Positions 59,106-64,000 of a stretch of DNA of 64,000 nt are shown one piece after another. The position numbers and the translations under genes are program-made. A model generated the notes under the pieces. It did no database searches. It was given only the letters and a program-made list of their open reading frames with translations, and was not told the origin of the DNA. Origin of the DNA: the human T2T-CHM13v2.0 reference genome, Homo sapiens. Within the stretch, counting starts at the first letter, position 1. Each line of letters starts with the position of its first letter. The DNA lies in the NCBI RefSeq assembly GCF_009914755.1, contig NC_060932.1, one strand, 5' to 3'.

Positions 59106-59922
59106 AAAAATATGTTATAAAAATTCATTAAAACTTTATTGTTGTTTATTATAACTTTGTTAAAGTAAAATATTAATTCAAATTAAAAAATACTTCAGAT
59201 TGATATATACTTTTTTAGAATGTTTATTTATTTGAAATATATCCAAGATCTGAGAAAGTTAATAGGGACATTTTGTTAAAATAGTCACCACTTGTGACTG
59301 TGTAAAGAAAAGTATTGACAATTCCATTCCAGTAGACTTTTTCAGAATTCAAAAATGTGTAAATAAATAAATGCTCGGTACCAGTTTGTATAGCATTTCT
59401 CTAGACCAGAGAATGATCTTGTCTTAGGTAGGAGGACATTATTATTACCAGGACTGAAATGTTTGTTGGAGCTTAAGGAGATCAATTAAACATCACTGAT
59501 TTTCTTCACCAAAGTTTGGAACAACTTAAGATACACAAGCTAATAATGAAGCATTTAATTCACATCTGCTGCTGATAGGCAGTGCTGTACAATGGCAGTT
59601 GATTCCTTTTTTCATATGTGAATGGCTCCTTTAAAGCTCATACAGTTGAAGAAAAATTACACCTCCTTTACTGAACAGGAGTGATGTGAAGACATGGAGA
59701 GGGACCACATTATAGGTGAGTTGAGATCTCTCCACATGGAATAAAATATTGAGAACAGGAGGAAAAAACCCTTCCCATATGCAAAGGACGTAAAATATTT
59801 TGGGGAGAAAAACTAAACTACTTAAAACTGGAAAGCTAATTTAAATGTGTGGAGGGTTTTTTCCAGTGCTATAAGTTTGTTTTAGAATTTTTTATTTATT
59901 GAAAAATTTGCTCATTGAAGTG

Positions 59923-60983
59923 TGTTAAAAGAAAAAGTTAAGCCAAATTAAATTTCAAAGAGTTTAACTGAGCAAAGAACTATCGCAAATTGGGCAAACT
60001 CCTGAGCTAGAGGCTCAGAGACTCTAGTGCAGCGGCATTGTGGAAGAGCTTTTATGGACACAAAAAAGGAAAGTGATGTATAAAAAAATGAAAGTCAGAT
60101 ACAGAAAGAGCTCAATTGTTTATAGCTTGGCATCTGTCTTATTTGAACACAGCTTCAACAGTTGGCCACATTTGATTGGCCAGAACCCAGTGATTGGCAC
60201 AAGAGTAGACTGCTGTCTGTTTACAATTCGATTTAGGGTATAGTTCACGATGTATAGAGAAACACTTAGGCTGAATTTGAAATAAATAAGGTGGGAGTGT
60301 ATTTAGTTCAACCATTGTGAGAGACAGTGTGGAGATTCCTCAAGGATCTAGAACCAGAAATACCATTTGACCCAGCAATCACATTACTAAATATATACCC
60401 AAAGGGTTATAAATCATTCTAATATAAAGACACATGCACATGTATTTTTATTGCAGCACTATTTACAATAGCAAAGACTTGGAACCAACCCAAACGCCCA
60501 TCAATGATAGACTGGATAAAGAAAATGTGGCACATATACACCATGGAATACTATACAGACACAAAAAAGAATGAGTTCATGTCTTTTGCAGGGACATGGA
60601 TAAAGCTGGAAACCATCATTCTCAGCAAATTAGCACAGGAACAGAAAACCAAACACCCAATGTTCTAACTCATAAGTGGGAGTTAAACAATGAGAACACA
60701 TGGACACCAGGAGGGGAACATCACACACTGGGGGCCTGTTAGGGGGTGGGGGTCAAGGGGAAGGAGACCATTAGGACAAATACCTAATGCAGCGGAGATT
60801 AAAACCTCCACATTGACAGGTTGATGACAATGTTGATGACAGGTTGATAGGTGTAGCAAACTACTATGGCACATGTATACCTATGTAATAACCTTGCATA
60901 TGCACATGTATCCCAGAACTTAAAGCAAAATACAAAAAAAGAAATATGGAAGGAGTTAGCTTTAGGCTAAACTTGATTTAACA
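59923..60983 (-). mobile_element. MER57-like ERV1 solo LTR, split by L1PA8
   Basis: tgttaaaagaaaaa...gagtttaactgagcaaagaac...tttgattggccagaacccagtgattggcacaag...; resumes aaggagttagctttaggctaaacttgatttaaca. Confidence 0.85.
60292..60940 (+). mobile_element. L1PA8-like 3' end inserted in MER57
   Basis: ttaggacaaatacctaatgca...tgtatcccagaacttaaag; decayed 13-bp TSD gaaataaataagg / gaaatatggaagg; small tgacaggttga expansion at 60814-60848. Confidence 0.92.
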
Positions 60984-61289
60984 GGTATAACTACCTTGAC
61001 TTTAAAAAATAAGTATTTACTCCTTGTCTATATAAAATTGTATCTCTTCTATAAGGGATGTTTCAGGAGACTGACTCATTTTTAACACAGAAATAAGAAA
61101 ATTTGAATGGTGTAACAGTGGAATATGCCATCAAATAGTTAAAAATCTTCTTTTGTATCAAGAGACCAGGACTAGGATCAATGTGCCAAGGTAATATGAA
61201 TGCAGATTCCAGGTCCAGATAAGTACAAATATAGCATACTGTTGTCTCTGAGAGTCTGTGACACTAAATTCAATGTTCTAGAGTCAAAG

Positions 61290-61505
61290 TCATCCCATAT
61301 GAGGGCTGTGGAACCCCAAGTATTAATACAGCAACATGTGTCTGTCATTGGTTGAGTGCTTTTGGGGTAATAAATTATCTGGCTCTAGTGCCCTGTCTTG
61401 AGCAAAATCATAGCTCTTTCCTCCAGAGAAATCCCCTAGACAGTTTGAAGTCAGGCACATATGTGTGACAGTGACAAAAGGGAAAGGAAATGTGTAGGGC
61501 ACTGT
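61290..61505 (-). mobile_element. LTR33-like ERVL LTR remnant
   Basis: cagcaacatgtgtctgtcattggttgagtgcttttggggt...ctccagagaaatccccta...gtgtagggcact. Confidence 0.4.
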
Positions 61506-61538
61506 GAGCTTACTTGTAAATATAAGAATGGGATCCCA

Positions 61539-61700
61539 AGCCAGGCATGGTGACGCACATCTGTAGTTCCAGCTACTCAGTGGGCTGAGGCAGGACGATC
61601 ACTTGAGTCCAAAAGTTTGAGGCTATAGTGAGCTATGATTGCACCATTGCACTCTAGCCTGGATGACCAAATGAGACTCTGGCTCTAAAAAAATAAAAGT
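61539..61700 (+). mobile_element. FRAM / free right Alu monomer
   Basis: Single J-like right arm; 16-bp TSD aagaatgggatcccaa / aagaatgaggccccaa (13/16). Confidence 0.88.
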
Positions 61701-61982
61701 GAAAGAATGAGGCCCCAAAAAATGCACGAAAAGAAAGAAGCATTTTACAGCAGAGATTATGAAGTCTGAAGAATATAAAAATTATAAGTATTTTATCCAA
61801 GGTTAAATAAAATTTAGTTGGCTTGAATAAGTGAGAAAAAAATTAGCCCAAAATTGATTTTTGTTTTAGTCGTACTCCAAACCTTGCAAGTCAATTCTGA
61901 ATGATGGCATGGCAATTGTTTTGCATACCAGAATATTGAAGAAGTATCTTCTTTTCCAATCTGCCTTCATAAAGTAGATGCC

Positions 61983-62050
61983 ATAGATAGACAGATAGAA
62001 GACAGACAGATAGATAGATAAATAGATAGATAGATAGATAGATAGAAAGA
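61983..62050. repeat. (GATA)n/(GACA)n tetranucleotide microsatellite
   Basis: Read directly. Confidence 0.92.
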
Positions 62051-62082
62051 TATAGTAAACAGACGATATATATATATATAAT

Positions 62083-62122
62083 ACACATCTTTGAAAACTT
62101 AAACACATCTTTGAAGACTTAA
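62083..62122. repeat. 20-bp x2 tandem duplication acacatctttgaaRacttaa
   Basis: Read directly. Confidence 0.88.
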
Positions 62123-63420
62123 AAAGGAATAAATGTAAAAGATTTCATTTTTTTAATATATTGATTAGGTATTGAAATGATATATCTATACATATATATG
62201 TATAGATATATTGTCTGTTTACAATTCCATTTAGGCTATAGTTCACAATGTGTATATATATATACAGTATACAACACACACAAACACAGTGCTCCTCCCA
62301 CCCCATTATTTCTTCTTCTCTTCTCCAGATGGTGGAGTCTATACAGTATAGTGTCTTATAGTAACATATCTCATAAAAAGGAAGGCGAGGGTTTTAGTTT
62401 GTTTTTTTTTTTTAATCTGCTTTGCTACAGGCTATGGAAGACTAGCTCTACTCAATATAATACTTAGCTCAGTAAAATTATCATTACACACTGACAACAG
62501 AAGGAAACTCTGTGGCTAGCCTTGCTAAAAGAGTCTTAAAACACATATATCCTTCAAATGGTATGCATTTTGAGTAACTGCAATGGTATTGCTCCAGGCA
62601 AGTTACTTACAGACTTAAGACCAGACTAATTGGTCTTAGAATGGGCTGAACAATTAACTTTTGCTTTAAATTAAAACAACTTTATTTTAATTTCAATTGA
62701 TCATAAGGCATGAAACATGAAGTTAAAAAAAGCTGAAGGGTATATGGCAGAAAAAAAATTTTACTGTTTCAGATTTACTAGTAATTAAGACAGCTGTGTG
62801 GATAATGAAACATGCAGAAGTCAATTTTGCTTGCCACCAGATATTTAGGAAATTTTGGCCTGAATTTATAAAAAGTCATAAATTCACAAAAGGAAATTTG
62901 AATGCTTTTTTTAATTTAAAGAAAATATCAAAATTTCTTGATTATACAATATTTTTTTTTCATTGCCCAGAAGTTGCATGATACAGTAAGTTTTAAGAAA
63001 ATAAAGTTGCTGAATATCTACCAAACCCAACAATTCCTATCTTGAATTTGGGATTTTATTCTGTACAAATATATTCAAAATTATATCTTTATTTTATACA
63101 AATGCATTCAAATTAAAAGGGAACCAATGATATATGTACTATTTTATAACTCTTTAAACTGCAAACACAGCTTGAGTATTTCCATATTTTAAAGAAGTCT
63201 CAAAGCATGAATTTAAATTTGTATAATATTCCAAATTATAGCCCCTTATTATTGAAATTTTAAATTGTTATTAATGTTTTATTATTCCAACCAATGTTCT
63301 ATGTTTAAAACATCTTTATTCATAAATATATGATTATTATTTTTAATGCATTCTTATACATATATATACACCTAAAACCATATATATAATATGTAACATT
63401 CTATGTGTACATAATATATA

Positions 63421-63653
63421 CAGTAAGTATTCACTTAACATTGTCTATAGGTTCTTGGAAATTGTGATTTTAAGTGAATGACATAATAAAAACCGATTTT
63501 CTCTTTCTCATCAACATTATAACAAAAAGACTTTGAAGGAAACAACACTATTTGAGAACCTGCTATGTGGTATTTTGCTTAAAGTTACCAAGAACCTATA
63601 CCAAGAAACTATATAGTTTCCAGGAACCTGCTGATGATAGTGAGGGCTTACTG
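63421..63653. mobile_element. MER6-family (MER6B-like) Tigger MITE
   Basis: TA TSD on both sides; TIRs cagtaagtattcact / agtgagggcttactg. Confidence 0.85.
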
Positions 63654-63768
63654 TATATAGTTTTATACACACACACACACACATATATATATTCAAAGAA
63701 TATATATATAAATTTCAAAGAATATATATGTATGTTTATATATTTAAATTTTATATGTATATATATAT

Positions 63769-64000
63769 ATTCAAAGAAAAATGACAGTCAACACAGTTAA
63801 ACAGACAGGGATGACATTATTCAAGACTATTGTAATAGGGTTCAAGACTGTTGCAATAGGAGAAAGAAGCTGAACTCAACTCTGCTGATGCAAATGGTGG
63901 AAGGATTTTTAAGGGCTAGGGTAAGCTAACAGAAAAGTACTGGAGTGCATTATGGAGAAAATTGGTCAATGTGATTCGACCATCTGCTTGTTAATTAGCA
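63769..64000 (-). mobile_element. MER31/MER67-like ERV1 LTR (runs off the window)
   Basis: tcaaagaaaa...acacagttaaacagacaggg...ttattcaagactattgtaatagg...ctgaactcaactctg. Confidence 0.65.

Overview
AT-rich, gene-poor mammalian DNA, almost certainly human: an essentially consensus AluYb8, a human-specific subfamily, sits at 28018-28330. Roughly half or more of the window is recognisable interspersed repeat: L1 (L1PA, L1PB, L1M, HAL1), Alu/FLAM/FRAM, L2, MIR, MaLR/ERVL/ERV1 solo LTRs and DNA transposons (near full-length Tigger2, Tigger1, MER47B, MER6, MER30, MER94, Charlie1). I cannot support any host protein-coding gene, RNA gene or CRISPR array. The long ORFs in the track are L1 ORF2 remnants, Alu reading frames or microsatellites. 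I found no evidence for a new biological system. The real interest is in retrotransposition and repair scars: (1) a probable ancient L1PB 3' transduction carrying a TIR-less Tigger1 piece into an older L1 (45005-46117); (2) a twin-primed L1 inversion whose junction was later duplicated as a 93-bp tandem repeat and whose 3' end is missing (39764-41435); (3) a very young AluYb8; (4) several microhomology duplications or deletions and fold-back palindromes; (5) multi-level TE nests. Subfamily names come from remembered consensus sequences, not a database run, and boundaries of old elements are approximate.
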